Below are positions 35,989 to 45,359 of a DNA stretch of 64,000 bases, one piece after another. Both the position numbers and the translations under genes were made by a program. The stretch's first letter is position 1. Every line of letters begins with the position of its first letter. The DNA comes from Chloroflexota bacterium (GTDB taxonomy: Bacteria; Chloroflexota; Dehalococcoidia; Lucifugimonadales; UBA3495): the NCBI GenBank assembly GCA_009837355.1, contig VXTR01000014.1:10560-74559 (forward strand), given 5' to 3'. The notes beneath the pieces were generated by a model. It saw nothing but the letters and a program-made list of their open reading frames with translations. It had not been told where the DNA came from and ran no database searches.

Positions 35989-36939
35989 ATGCTGCACCCA
36001 CCCGAACTAGCCCACCTCCATCGGCCCGACCCCAACGCGCGCCCGGTGGTGGAGTTGCAGGGCGTAACCGCCGGCTACAACGGTTCGCGCGTCCTGCAGG
36101 ACGTTGACCTGCGGGTAATGCCCGGAGATTTTGTCGGCCTCCTCGGCCCCAGCGGTTCCGGCAAGACCACTCTGCTGCGCACCGTCCTGGGCGCCGCCCA
36201 GGTTCAAGCCGGCGACGTGCGCGTGTACGATAAACCCGTCCGCAGCCGCCGCAACCGCGCCGGCTACGTGCCCCAGCTGGAAACCATCGACTGGAACTTT
36301 CCGGTTACCGTGGAAGAAGCGGTGATGATGGGACGCACCATGTCCAACGCTCTGTTCCCCTGGTTTCGCAAGCAGGAGCGGGAACTGGCCTACGACATGA
36401 TGGAACGGTTGGGAATCGCCAGCCTGGCCAAACGGCATATCCGCCAGTTGTCCGGCGGCCAGCAGCAGCGCGTATTCCTGGCCCGCGCGTTGGTAAGCAG
36501 CCCGGAACTGCTGCTGCTGGACGAGCCCACTTCCGGCGTGGACGTGAAAACCAGGGACGACGTGATGCACCTGCTCCACGACCTCAACCACGCTGGCGTT
36601 ACTATCATCCTCACCACCCATGAGATTAACGCTGTCGCTGTTCACCTGCCCCGTATCGTCTGCCTCAACGGTTCCATCGTTGCCGACGGTCCCCCACACC
36701 GTGTCATCGCGCCGCACATTCTGCGCGAGGTGTACGGCGCCGAGATGCCCGTCATCCAGTACCAGGGGATGACCATGGTCGCCGAAAGCGCTCACTTCTG
36801 GATCGACCGCAACGGCGACGACGCCGAACCCCTGGCCACCGTCCCGGACGACAGCCACCGCCAGCCGGTGATCTCCCACGTCCACACCGCGCCCGACAAC
36901 GTTCCCGCTCACCATCACCACCAGGACGAGAACGACTGA
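35989..36939 (+). CDS. metal ABC transporter ATPase (ZnuC/TroB family) with a ~65-aa His-containing C-terminal extension
   Basis: 'GPSGSGKTTL', 'LSGGQQQRVFLARAL' and 'LLLDEPTSGVD' are present. The tail reads '..SHRQPVISHVHTAPDNVPAHHHHQDEND'. Confidence 0.9.
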   Translation: MLHPPELAHLHRPDPNARPVVELQGVTAGYNGSRVLQDVDLRVMPGDFVGLLGPSGSGKTTLLRTVLGAAQVQAGDVRVYDKPVRSRRNRAGYVPQLETIDWNFPVTVEEAVMMGRTMSNALFPWFRKQERELAYDMMERLGIASLAKRHIRQLSGGQQQRVFLARALVSSPELLLLDEPTSGVDVKTRDDVMHLLHDLNHAGVTIILTTHEINAVAVHLPRIVCLNGSIVADGPPHRVIAPHILREVYGAEMPVIQYQGMTMVAESAHFWIDRNGDDAEPLATVPDDSHRQPVISHVHTAPDNVPAHHHHQDEND

Positions 36940-37818
36940 ATGCTTCTTGAACCCTTTGAGTTCGGCTTCTTCGTGCGCGCAATCATCGCCGCCTGCCTGG
37001 TGGGGGGACTGTGCGGGCTGATGGGCGTCTATATCGTCCTGCGCGGTATGTCCTACATTGGGCATGGTCTGTCCCACGCCATCTTCGGCGGCGCGGTGGT
37101 CAGCTGGATTATGTCCATCAACTTCTTCGTCGGCGCCACCCTCTGGGGGTTTCTGTCGGCATTGCTCATCGCCTGGACCACTCGCAAGAACCCTATCGGT
37201 TCCGATGCCGCCATCGGCATCATCACCACCGCCAGCTTCGCCCTGGGCATCGCCATCATCAGCCGCTCCCAGAGCTTCACCCGCGACTTTGAGGCGTCCC
37301 TGTGGGGCAGCGTGCTCGGCGTGGACAACGAGGAACTTATTGCCATCGCGGTAGTCGCCGCCATCGTCGCCATCGTGTTCTTCGTAGCCTACAAGCTGTT
37401 CCTCTTCGCGACCTTCGACCCGGACGTAGCCCAGTTCTACGGGGTGCCGACGGCCTGGGTTGACACGCTGTTTTCGCTGCTGTTGGCGGGAACCATCGTG
37501 GTGTCCATGCAAGTGTTGGGCGTAACCATGATTGCCGCGGCGGTGGTGATACCGCCCATCGTAGCCCGGCTGCTCACGGACAGTTTCCGCAAGATGGCCT
37601 TGCTTTCGACGGGAATCGGCGTAATCTGCGCCGTGGCGGGTATCTACATAAGCTACTTTGTTGATGTATCATCGGGAGCCAGTGTCGTACTGATTTCGGC
37701 GACGTTATTCGTCGCAGTCCTGGCCTGGTCAAAAATCCGCAGCCGCTGGCCTGGAAGCACTCAGTCCGCCGCCAGCCTCTCCCAACTGCCCCGCGAATCC
37801 GGTGGCGCAATCGACTAG
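36940..37818 (+). CDS. metal ABC transporter permease (ZnuB/TroC family)
   Basis: 'MSYIGHGLSHAIFGG' is present with multiple TM segments. The start abuts the ATPase stop (TGAATG). Confidence 0.9.
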   Translation: MLLEPFEFGFFVRAIIAACLVGGLCGLMGVYIVLRGMSYIGHGLSHAIFGGAVVSWIMSINFFVGATLWGFLSALLIAWTTRKNPIGSDAAIGIITTASFALGIAIISRSQSFTRDFEASLWGSVLGVDNEELIAIAVVAAIVAIVFFVAYKLFLFATFDPDVAQFYGVPTAWVDTLFSLLLAGTIVVSMQVLGVTMIAAAVVIPPIVARLLTDSFRKMALLSTGIGVICAVAGIYISYFVDVSSGASVVLISATLFVAVLAWSKIRSRWPGSTQSAASLSQLPRESGGAID

Positions 37819-37848
37819 CCTTCATTCTCACGGCCACAGGAGGACACT

Positions 37849-39360
37849 ATGGCTCACGCGCACCATCATCACGCTGCCCCCGACGTAACGGAGGGCCGCA
37901 CCGGGTTCCGACGGGGCGCCGCCTTCGTAGTTGGCGGCCTGTCCAGCGGGCACGGCGTTTTCCATTCCATCCAACAGAGCTTCATCGTGGTGCTGCCCGA
38001 AGTACGCAACGTGCTTTTGGGCGGTGATACTCTCGCCGGGAACCTTGCCGTTACCAGCATCCAAACTACTCGTGAAATTGCCTCAGGCGTGGTGGCGCTG
38101 CCCGGCGGCGTCTTGACCGACGCGCTGCGCCGTTACTGGGGCTGGGTAATGGCGGTCTGCATGGCCCTGTTCGGCGTCGGCTGGCTGCTGATGGCCGCCG
38201 CCGGCTGGCAAGTACCCGGCTCAACCTGGGTCGCCGGCAGCGAGCCGGCAGCCACGTCCACGGCGCTGAATCCGGTGGGATATACGCTGCTGCTAATCGG
38301 CATGGCGGTGGTAGCCATCGCCGCCTCCGTTTGGCACCTGCCGGCCATGGCCGCCCTGTCGTCCCACTTCACCCACCGGAGAGGCACGGTGCTGACCTTC
38401 CACGGCGTGGGCGGCAACATCGGCGACGTAATTGGCCCCGTACTCACCGGCATCCTGTTGTTGTCTCTGGCGTGGCAGTCCATTATCACCATCTACGCCG
38501 CCGTGCCCATCTTCCTGACGTTCCTGGTGTTCTGGGCCTTCCGGGACATCGGACAGCGGGCGCAGGCTGCGGTGGAGGAAAAAGCCGTCAGCACCATGCA
38601 GACCCAGATTGCCGAAACCAAATTGCTGGTTCGCAATCCTCGGGTGTGGGGCATCACAGTGGTGGCCGGTCTGCGGGGAATGGCCTACATTGGATTCATT
38701 ACCGTCCTGCCACTCTACCTGACCGACGTGTTGGGGTTGAAGACGGAAAGTGGGGCAAAAGGTTTTGAAAACTTCTTTTCAGACTTCCTCAGCAGTACCG
38801 GCTTGCGGGGCTTACTCATCGGCCTCCTGGTGTTCGTCGGCATTTTCGCCAGCCCGGTAATGGGCTACCTGTCCGACCGATTCGGGCGCAAAATTATCCT
38901 GGTGCCAGGGATGCTGTTCCTTGCCGTGGTGACACTGCTGATGGCGCCATTCGGCACCAACCTGGCGTTGATGACCGTCCTGCTGGCCGCTCTGGGGCTG
39001 TTCCTGTACAGCGACCAACCCATCCTGACGGCGGCGGCGATGGATATCGTGCGCGAGGGGACGGCAGCCACCACGTTGGGGCTGCTGTCGACCTCCCGGT
39101 TCATCCTCAGCGCCGCGTCGCCCATCATCGCCGCCTGGCTGTACACCGAGAACGCTTCATACCTCTTCTACTACACCGCCGTACTGTACGTGGCCGCCGC
39201 CATAATTCTGGCCATGATTCGGCTGCCGCAACCGGGTCCCGTCGAAGATCACCATGATGACCACGGCGGGCATGGCCATGGCGATCACGGCCATCATGAC
39301 GACCACGGCCATGACGATCATGGTCACGGTCACGACGACCACGGGCATCGCCACCACTAG
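37849..39360 (+). CDS. MFS transporter with His-rich N- and C-termini, last gene of the metal-uptake cluster
   Basis: About 12 TM segments and 'GYLSDRFGRK'. The N-terminus is 'MAHAHHHHA' and the C-terminus is 'DHHDDHGGHGHGDHGHHDDHGHDDHGHGHDDHGHRHH'. An AGGAGGA RBS precedes the start. Confidence 0.8.
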   Translation: MAHAHHHHAAPDVTEGRTGFRRGAAFVVGGLSSGHGVFHSIQQSFIVVLPEVRNVLLGGDTLAGNLAVTSIQTTREIASGVVALPGGVLTDALRRYWGWVMAVCMALFGVGWLLMAAAGWQVPGSTWVAGSEPAATSTALNPVGYTLLLIGMAVVAIAASVWHLPAMAALSSHFTHRRGTVLTFHGVGGNIGDVIGPVLTGILLLSLAWQSIITIYAAVPIFLTFLVFWAFRDIGQRAQAAVEEKAVSTMQTQIAETKLLVRNPRVWGITVVAGLRGMAYIGFITVLPLYLTDVLGLKTESGAKGFENFFSDFLSSTGLRGLLIGLLVFVGIFASPVMGYLSDRFGRKIILVPGMLFLAVVTLLMAPFGTNLALMTVLLAALGLFLYSDQPILTAAAMDIVREGTAATTLGLLSTSRFILSAASPIIAAWLYTENASYLFYYTAVLYVAAAIILAMIRLPQPGPVEDHHDDHGGHGHGDHGHHDDHGHDDHGHGHDDHGHRHH

Positions 39361-39388
39361 GCTCCGCCCGGAGGGTTAGCAACAACAT

Positions 39389-39414
39389 AGGGGCGACCCT
39401 TGAGGGTCGCCCCT
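39389..39414. terminator. GC-rich hairpin between convergent genes
   Basis: AGGGGCGACCC, the loop ttga, then GGGTCGCCCCT. Confidence 0.55.
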
Positions 39415-39439
39415 ATTCAGTTCCGGCTCCGTAACGAGG

Positions 39440-39799
39440 CTAGGCTTCGTTCTGCGTGGTCTGGCTGCCCTTCACCGTGATGGTGATGTGGGACATGGCG
39501 GTCTCCCGGGAGCCGTGCCAGTGGTCTTCGCCGGCGGGGATGACGGCCACATCGCCCTCGGTAACCGTAACTTCCTCGTCACGGGTGGCGACGATGCCGG
39601 TGCCCTCGGTGACGATGAGAATCTGGTCGCCGCTGTGGGTGTGGAACTTGTTGCGCACGCCGGCGCCGAAGTGAACGATGCCAAAGTTAAAGTTGTTGCT
39701 GTCGTCGGGATCCAGGATCGCCTGACGCCCCACCGGGCCGGTGAACAGGGGGGCCGTGCCTTCGGTGCGCTCGACTGCCGACATCTTTACGACTTTCAT
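39440..39799 (-). CDS. cupin-domain protein
   Basis: 119 aa. 'HTHSGDQILIVTEGTGIV......V.EGDVAVIPAGEDHWHG' is present. Confidence 0.75.
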   Translation of the reverse strand: MKVVKMSAVERTEGTAPLFTGPVGRQAILDPDDSNNFNFGIVHFGAGVRNKFHTHSGDQILIVTEGTGIVATRDEEVTVTEGDVAVIPAGEDHWHGSRETAMSHITITVKGSQTTQNEA

Positions 39800-39991
39800 G
39801 GGTTCAGTTTGCCTCCAGGTAGTTTGCGGGTCTGAAATTGCCGGTTCAATGATAACCCGCGCCGCTTACGCCGTCCAGAGCGTGTTGACCCGCCGGGGCG
39901 GCCACCGTTTCCGGCTCATAGCATGGACATTGCCGATTTGACAAGCTCCGCTTTCGTAGTTAGCTTGCGCAGCACCGGTTGAGGAGGCAAC

Positions 39992-41362
39992 ATGACCACA
40001 ACGATTTACGACGCTGAACGCCGCGACATTTCCATCGCCGTGGGCGGCGATGCCATGATTACCCGCCGGATGCGCGCCTTCCAGGAACCCCGCTTCCTCA
40101 AGCTGGTGGACATCCTTCGCAACGCCGATGTCTCCCTGGTCAACCTGGAGATGCTGTTCCACGACTACGAGAGCACTTGGCAGTGGAGCCGCAACACCTA
40201 CACCCGCTCCGACCCTCGCAACCTGGACGAGCTGAAGTGGATGGGCATCGACGCCGTTACCACCGCCAACAACCACTCCTTCGACTTTTCCGAGGGCGGT
40301 TTCCTGACCACCCTGGAACACTGCCGGGAGGTTGACCTGCCCCACGCCGGCGGCGGCCGCAACCTGGACGAGGCCCGTTCTCCCGCCTACGTGGATTCTG
40401 CCCGGGGCCGCGTCGCAGTGATGAGCGCCACCAGCACCTTCAGCGATACCTCCCGGGCCGGCGCCGGGCGCCCGGATTTCGCCGGCCGGCCGGGGGTCAA
40501 CGCCCTGCGCCACGACGTTACCCATCACGTGCAGCAGGACGTATTTGACGCGCTGCGGAAGGCCAACCTGGAGCTGGGCTATGAGGAGGAACACGCCTTC
40601 CTCCGTCACTTCGGTTTCCGGGGCGACGAAAAAGAGCTGGACGCCGACGCCGAAATCGATTTCCTCGACCACAAGTTCATACTGGACGAGACCTTCGCCG
40701 TCCGCACCGCGCTGAACGAGGAAGACCGGCTGGGCATCGGCAACTGGATTCGGGGCGCGCAGACGCAGTCGGACTGGCAGGTCTATGGAGTCCACTGCCA
40801 CGAGAGCGGGCCCGAGGGTGACTTCCACGGCCATTCCCGGCTGTCGCCGCCCCACTTCCTGGTGGACTTCGCTCACTGGGCCATCGACCAGGGCTGCGCC
40901 GCCTTCGTGGGCCACGGCCCCCACTTCCTGCGCGGCATCGAGATTTACAAGGACCGGCCCATCTTCTACAGCCTGGGCAACTTCATCTTCCAGAACGAGA
41001 GCGTGCTGTGGCTGCCCCACGAGGCTTACCGCCGCTTCGGGCTGGACTTCAACAGCACTCCCGGCGACTACCTGGACACCCGCTCCGGCAGCGGCACTCG
41101 CGCCTTCGCTGCCGACCCGGTGTTCTGGCAAAGCGTGGTGGCCGTGTGCAACTACGCCGGCGGCGACCTGAAGGAGGTTATCCTGCATCCCATCGACATG
41201 GGCTTTGGCCGCTCCATCCCCCAGCGAGGGCGTCCGGTGCTGGCCGAAGAGCCCATCGCCCGGCAGACCTTGCAGTGGCTGCAGGATGTTTCCCGTCCCT
41301 TCGGCACCGAAATCGCCGTCGAGGAAGCGGACGGTGACGTGGTCGGCGTGATTCGGGTCTAG
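39992..41362 (+). CDS. CapA/PgsA-family metallophosphoesterase-like protein
   Basis: 'ISIAVGGDAMITRR', 'D....NLE', 'V.TANNHS.D' and 'V.G.H.HE' fit the family pattern. Confidence 0.65.
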   Translation: MTTTIYDAERRDISIAVGGDAMITRRMRAFQEPRFLKLVDILRNADVSLVNLEMLFHDYESTWQWSRNTYTRSDPRNLDELKWMGIDAVTTANNHSFDFSEGGFLTTLEHCREVDLPHAGGGRNLDEARSPAYVDSARGRVAVMSATSTFSDTSRAGAGRPDFAGRPGVNALRHDVTHHVQQDVFDALRKANLELGYEEEHAFLRHFGFRGDEKELDADAEIDFLDHKFILDETFAVRTALNEEDRLGIGNWIRGAQTQSDWQVYGVHCHESGPEGDFHGHSRLSPPHFLVDFAHWAIDQGCAAFVGHGPHFLRGIEIYKDRPIFYSLGNFIFQNESVLWLPHEAYRRFGLDFNSTPGDYLDTRSGSGTRAFAADPVFWQSVVAVCNYAGGDLKEVILHPIDMGFGRSIPQRGRPVLAEEPIARQTLQWLQDVSRPFGTEIAVEEADGDVVGVIRV

Positions 41363-41476
41363 GGCATCCAACGGGCCAGCCTTCGTTGACACTGCCGATG
41401 CCGGCCCGTACACTGCAACGCCGATTGTCCCCCGCTCGCCCGGTAGGGCGTCCCTTTGCCCGCAGGAGGTATCCCG

Positions 41477-41719
41477 ATGAGTTTTGACCTGTACGAAAAG
41501 GGAACGAAAGTAGAAGCCGTCGCCGACTTCGAGGTTCGCGAAGTCATGGCCTCCCCAGTCGGTTCTTCCGTCCGCAGCATCTCCACCGGCGACCTGGGCG
41601 AAGTCCGCGAAAAGCGCACCATTGGCCCCGCCACCTGGCTCATCGTCTATTTTGACAGCGTCAAGCGCCAAATCAACATCGACGACACCAATATCGGCAA
41701 CATCAAGCCCGCCGACTGA
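41477..41719 (+). CDS. small hypothetical protein
   Basis: 80 aa from ATG 41477, preceded by an AGGAGG RBS. No recognisable motif. Confidence 0.4.
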   Translation: MSFDLYEKGTKVEAVADFEVREVMASPVGSSVRSISTGDLGEVREKRTIGPATWLIVYFDSVKRQINIDDTNIGNIKPAD

Positions 41720-41746
41720 TTCATCTGACCCTCGGAGAGCCCCGCC

Positions 41747-42472
41747 ATGCCCAGCGACGCCATTGCGCAGGTCAACACCCTCGCCTTCGATATGTTCGGC
41801 ACCGTGCTGGACCTGGACGGCAGCCTGTCCGGCCCCGCCGGGCGCTTCCTGCAAGAGCACGGCTCAGCGGTAACGGGCGAGGCGTTCTGGCTGACCTGGC
41901 GGGGACGCCAGCGCATTGAGCAGTATCAGGACAACCTGTTCATGCTGGGGCACAGCGGCTACCGGGAAACCTGCCGCCGCTCCTTCATCTACTGTCTGCG
42001 GATGCACGGCGTGTCCTTCGATTGCGCCGACGTTGCCGACTTCATGCGCGTGTACGACGACATCCGGCCCTTCGACGACGCCGTGGCCGGACTGCGGCGT
42101 CTGGCCGACAGCGGACGGTTCCGCCTAGTCGCCCTCTCCAACGGCGAGCAGTCGTACCTGGAACACCTGGTTGACCATAACATCGGCGTACCATTCAACG
42201 ACGTCATCTCCGTGGAAAAGGCCGGCGCCTTCAAGCCCCACCCGGCAGTGTATCGTACCGCCGCCCGCATCCTAGACAAAGCGCCCGGCGAGATTATGAT
42301 GGTCGCCGCTCATTCTTTCGACATCACCGGCGCCCGGGCCTGCGGCTACCGCGGCGCTTACGTGAACCGCTACAACCTGCCCAACGAAGAATCGCCGTAC
42401 CTCCCCGACTTTGAGGTAGCCGACTTCAACCGGCTGGCCGACCGACTGCTTTCATCCGGGGACGGCACGTAG
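41747..42472 (+). CDS. haloacid dehalogenase type II / HAD-superfamily hydrolase
   Basis: 'LAFDMFGTVLD' (DxxGT), 'LSNG' and 'FKPHP.VY' are present. Confidence 0.8.
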   Translation: MPSDAIAQVNTLAFDMFGTVLDLDGSLSGPAGRFLQEHGSAVTGEAFWLTWRGRQRIEQYQDNLFMLGHSGYRETCRRSFIYCLRMHGVSFDCADVADFMRVYDDIRPFDDAVAGLRRLADSGRFRLVALSNGEQSYLEHLVDHNIGVPFNDVISVEKAGAFKPHPAVYRTAARILDKAPGEIMMVAAHSFDITGARACGYRGAYVNRYNLPNEESPYLPDFEVADFNRLADRLLSSGDGT

Positions 42473-42477
42473 CAACC

Positions 42478-43713
42478 ATGGCCGCCGTAGCCGCTGCCCG
42501 TCGGCTCCGCGCCTTTTCCGCTCTCCGCCACCGGGACTTCCGGTGGTTCTTTCTGAACATCGGCGTCCAGTCCTTCGGCCAGGGCATCCAATTCCTCGGC
42601 ATCGGCTGGCTCATCCTGGACCTGTCCGGAGAGAAAACCGCCCTGGGGCTGGCGGTCAGCATCTTCGGCGTGTCCAACCTGTTCTTCACCTTCGCCGGCG
42701 GGGTCATCGCCGACCGGGTTGACCGCAAGCTGTTTCTGATTATCTGCGTCCTCGGCAACAGCGTGGTAACTCTCACCCTGGCCGTCCTCGCGCTGTCCGG
42801 CCACGCCCAGATGTGGCACGTGTACACCGTGGTGTTTATCCTGGGCGGCCTGATGGCCGTGCAGATGCCGGCCCGGTTCGCCCTGGCCGCCGACCTGGTG
42901 CCCCGCGAGGACATGATGAACGCCGTCGCGCTGCACACGTCCGTCGGCCAGATTGGCAACATGCTGGGCCCTTTGGTCGGCGGCTGGGCCATCGACCACA
43001 TCGACACCTGGGCCGCCATCATGATTAACGGCTCCAGCTACCTGGTGGGCATCGCTTTTTTGCTGATGATAGCCAAACCACCCACCATGACCAGACGCAA
43101 CTCGTCGCCGGTCAGTGATCTAATCGGAGGGTTCTCACACGCGGTTCGCACGCCCATGGCCGCCGTCTTGATCCTCATGTCCGCTTCCTTCGGTTTCTTC
43201 GGTATGGCTTATATGCAGGTGGTTGTGGGTTTCACCCAGGAATTTCTCAAGCTGAACGGCACGCAGACCGGCATATTTATGATGTGCCGCGGCGGCGGCG
43301 CCTTCCTCGGCTCGATGGTCGTCGCCAGCTGGGGAGATCGCAAGAGCAAAGGGCTCCTGATGTACCTGGAGGTAACCCTATGCTGTGTCGGCCTGATTGT
43401 CATGGCCTGGACACCTTGGTTCTGGGCCGGTTGTATTCTCGTGGCCATGGTCGGTTCCACCAGCATCGGCGGTTTCTGGCCGGTATCAAGCTCCCTGATG
43501 CAACTGACCACCGCGCCCGATATGCGGGGCCGCATGATGTCCATGATGCAGTTGGCGCCGGTGTTCCACTTCCTGGGCGCATGGCCCCTCACCTGGCTGG
43601 CCCAGCTCTACGGCTGGTCGGCTGCCATCACCAGCGGCGCGGCAGTCTTGCTGGTCATCTCCGTAGCCGGGTGGCTCTATCGCCCCATGGTGCGGCGGAT
43701 GAACGAAATCTAA
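42478..43713 (+). CDS. MFS transporter
   Basis: 411 aa, about 12 TM segments, 'GGVIADRVDRK'. Confidence 0.85.
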   Translation: MAAVAAARRLRAFSALRHRDFRWFFLNIGVQSFGQGIQFLGIGWLILDLSGEKTALGLAVSIFGVSNLFFTFAGGVIADRVDRKLFLIICVLGNSVVTLTLAVLALSGHAQMWHVYTVVFILGGLMAVQMPARFALAADLVPREDMMNAVALHTSVGQIGNMLGPLVGGWAIDHIDTWAAIMINGSSYLVGIAFLLMIAKPPTMTRRNSSPVSDLIGGFSHAVRTPMAAVLILMSASFGFFGMAYMQVVVGFTQEFLKLNGTQTGIFMMCRGGGAFLGSMVVASWGDRKSKGLLMYLEVTLCCVGLIVMAWTPWFWAGCILVAMVGSTSIGGFWPVSSSLMQLTTAPDMRGRMMSMMQLAPVFHFLGAWPLTWLAQLYGWSAAITSGAAVLLVISVAGWLYRPMVRRMNEI

Positions 43714-43821
43714 GCCGCCACCGATTGACGGCGCAAAACCGACACATCCTTGCCCGGTAGCATCAACTATCGTATATTAACCGGCAACAGGCGCCCATCT
43801 TACTCAACAAGGAGCAGCAAC

Positions 43822-44271
43822 ATGGTTAAACCCAAGCAAGTCGGCCACCTCGTCATCAACGTCTCCGACGTTGCGGCATCCACCAAGTTCTACACCGAAA
43901 TCCTCGGGTTTGAGATCGCGGTATCCCGGCCCACCGCCACCTTCCTGACCTGCGGCGAGATTCACCACGACCTGGCCCTGTTCCAGGCGTCCGATGATTC
44001 CCCGGCCACCCGCAAGGGCAACATCGGCCTCAACCACTTCGCCGTGCAGGTTGAAGACTTCGACTCCCTGCGCGACCTCTACCACACCCTGCTGGAACAC
44101 GACGTGAAGGTGGATCGCACCACCGACCACGGCATGACCGGCAGCGTCTATTTCGAGGATCCCGACGGCAACGGTATCGAGTTCTACTACGACAAGTTCG
44201 ACAGCCCCGCCGACGGCCTGGCCGAAATGCGCCGGGAGGGCAGGGAAAACACCGTCCTGGTCATCGACTAA
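43822..44271 (+). CDS. VOC/glyoxalase-family protein (extradiol-dioxygenase-like)
   Basis: ATG 43822 has an AAGGAG RBS. 'VGHLVINVSD....FY...LGF', 'HHDLAL', 'GLNHFA..V' and 'YFEDPDGN.IE' are present. Confidence 0.8.
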   Translation: MVKPKQVGHLVINVSDVAASTKFYTEILGFEIAVSRPTATFLTCGEIHHDLALFQASDDSPATRKGNIGLNHFAVQVEDFDSLRDLYHTLLEHDVKVDRTTDHGMTGSVYFEDPDGNGIEFYYDKFDSPADGLAEMRREGRENTVLVID

Positions 44272-44284
44272 CCCCCACGTCATT

Positions 44285-44310
44285 CTGGATTCCGGCGGGA
44301 GCCGGAATGA
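44285..44310 (+). repeat. REP-like palindromic element (CTGGATTCCGGC-GGGA-GCCGGAATGA)
   Basis: It has the same core as 6108-6135 and 30926-30953. Confidence 0.75.
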
Positions 44311-44314
44311 AAAG

Positions 44315-44337
44315 GGGGCGGGTTTGAAACCCGCCCC
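44315..44337. terminator. hairpin GGGGCGGG-TTTGAAA-CCCGCCCC between convergent genes
   Basis: It is a perfect 8-bp GC stem. The same hairpin family recurs at 61422-61444. Confidence 0.55.
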
Positions 44338-44365
44338 TCCTTCATGCTAGTAGGAGCCGACGGGT

Positions 44366-45331
44366 TCAACGGGCCGATGTTCCATTTTCCTCGCCGGGCG
44401 GGTCCAGCTGGCCGAGGATGTCCGCAAGGGCGCCTTCGATGTTGGGCGAAAGCTCAATGGGTTCCTCAAAGGCCAGGAAACTGTGGTCCCGGCGCACTCG
44501 CTCGATGTACCGACGCGCTTCATCGTTCCGCTCCGCCACCCGTTCCAGGGACTCCTGCAATCGGGTGGCTTCCTCTTCATAGCGAGGCCGCAGGTCGGAG
44601 AGGTCTATGTCCAGCGAGTACAAGGCCCGCAGCCGGCGCATGATGTCGTAAAAGGCCCGGTGGTCGGTGGTGATGCCCAGCTGGCCCCCGCTGCTCCCGC
44701 TGAAGGGAAACATCGGCGCCATTGCGCCCACCCGCACCATCTCCACGTCGGGATGGTCGTAGTGGGCGAGGCTGACCATGGCCATGCCAACGGTCGGCCC
44801 CTGCCGCTGCTGGGAGCCGTAGCTGGAAAACAGCATCCCGTGCCGCCGCATCTCGTCGGCCATAGACGCCTTGCTGTACACGCATGAAATCCGGCGTTCC
44901 TCGTCGGGAGGCGCCGGGCCGTTGTACCCTTCCACGGCGGCCACCTTGGGATTGCCCAGCGCAGCCACCGCTTCAAAGAACGCCTGGCCGTAGAGGTCGA
45001 TGCGATACCACGGCTCAATGCCCAGGAAGATTACCAGCCCGTCGCCGGCGTCCCAGAAACCGTTGTCCCACTGCATGGGACGGCTGGGCAGGCCGTCGTC
45101 GAAAGCCGCCCGGGGGCGATAAAGGTCGTGGGTGCCGGCAACCTGGAAGGGGAAACACATCCGCGAGATTTCGTCCGTCATGCGGCCAATCCGCCGCGCC
45201 GACAGCTTGTCAATCAGCCATCGGGGCATACCGCTGGATATGTTCCCGCCGTCAGACCACTGACGACGCCAGCCGGCGATAACTACCCGAGTTTCGGGCG
45301 TTTCGTCCAACGCAATCAGTGGTTCCGCCAT
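44366..45331 (-). CDS. PAC2-family-like protein (tentative)
   Basis: 321 aa. The N-terminal 'RVVIAGWRRQWSDGGNIS' resembles the PAC2 'GW.DAG' motif, and the C-terminus looks like a coiled coil. The call is weak and by eye. Confidence 0.4.
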   Translation of the reverse strand: MAEPLIALDETPETRVVIAGWRRQWSDGGNISSGMPRWLIDKLSARRIGRMTDEISRMCFPFQVAGTHDLYRPRAAFDDGLPSRPMQWDNGFWDAGDGLVIFLGIEPWYRIDLYGQAFFEAVAALGNPKVAAVEGYNGPAPPDEERRISCVYSKASMADEMRRHGMLFSSYGSQQRQGPTVGMAMVSLAHYDHPDVEMVRVGAMAPMFPFSGSSGGQLGITTDHRAFYDIMRRLRALYSLDIDLSDLRPRYEEEATRLQESLERVAERNDEARRYIERVRRDHSFLAFEEPIELSPNIEGALADILGQLDPPGEENGTSAR

Positions 45332-45359
45332 AGCAGTTCAATCCCTCCGCGCGGCCCGA

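Noticed and set aside
36007-37512. 501-aa ORF on the minus strand
   Set aside because: It is antisense to the metal ABC ATPase and permease genes. It is a shadow ORF.
39866-41860. 664-aa ORF on the minus strand
   Set aside because: It is antisense to the CapA-like gene, the small ORF and the HAD gene. It has no motifs and a shadow-ORF composition.
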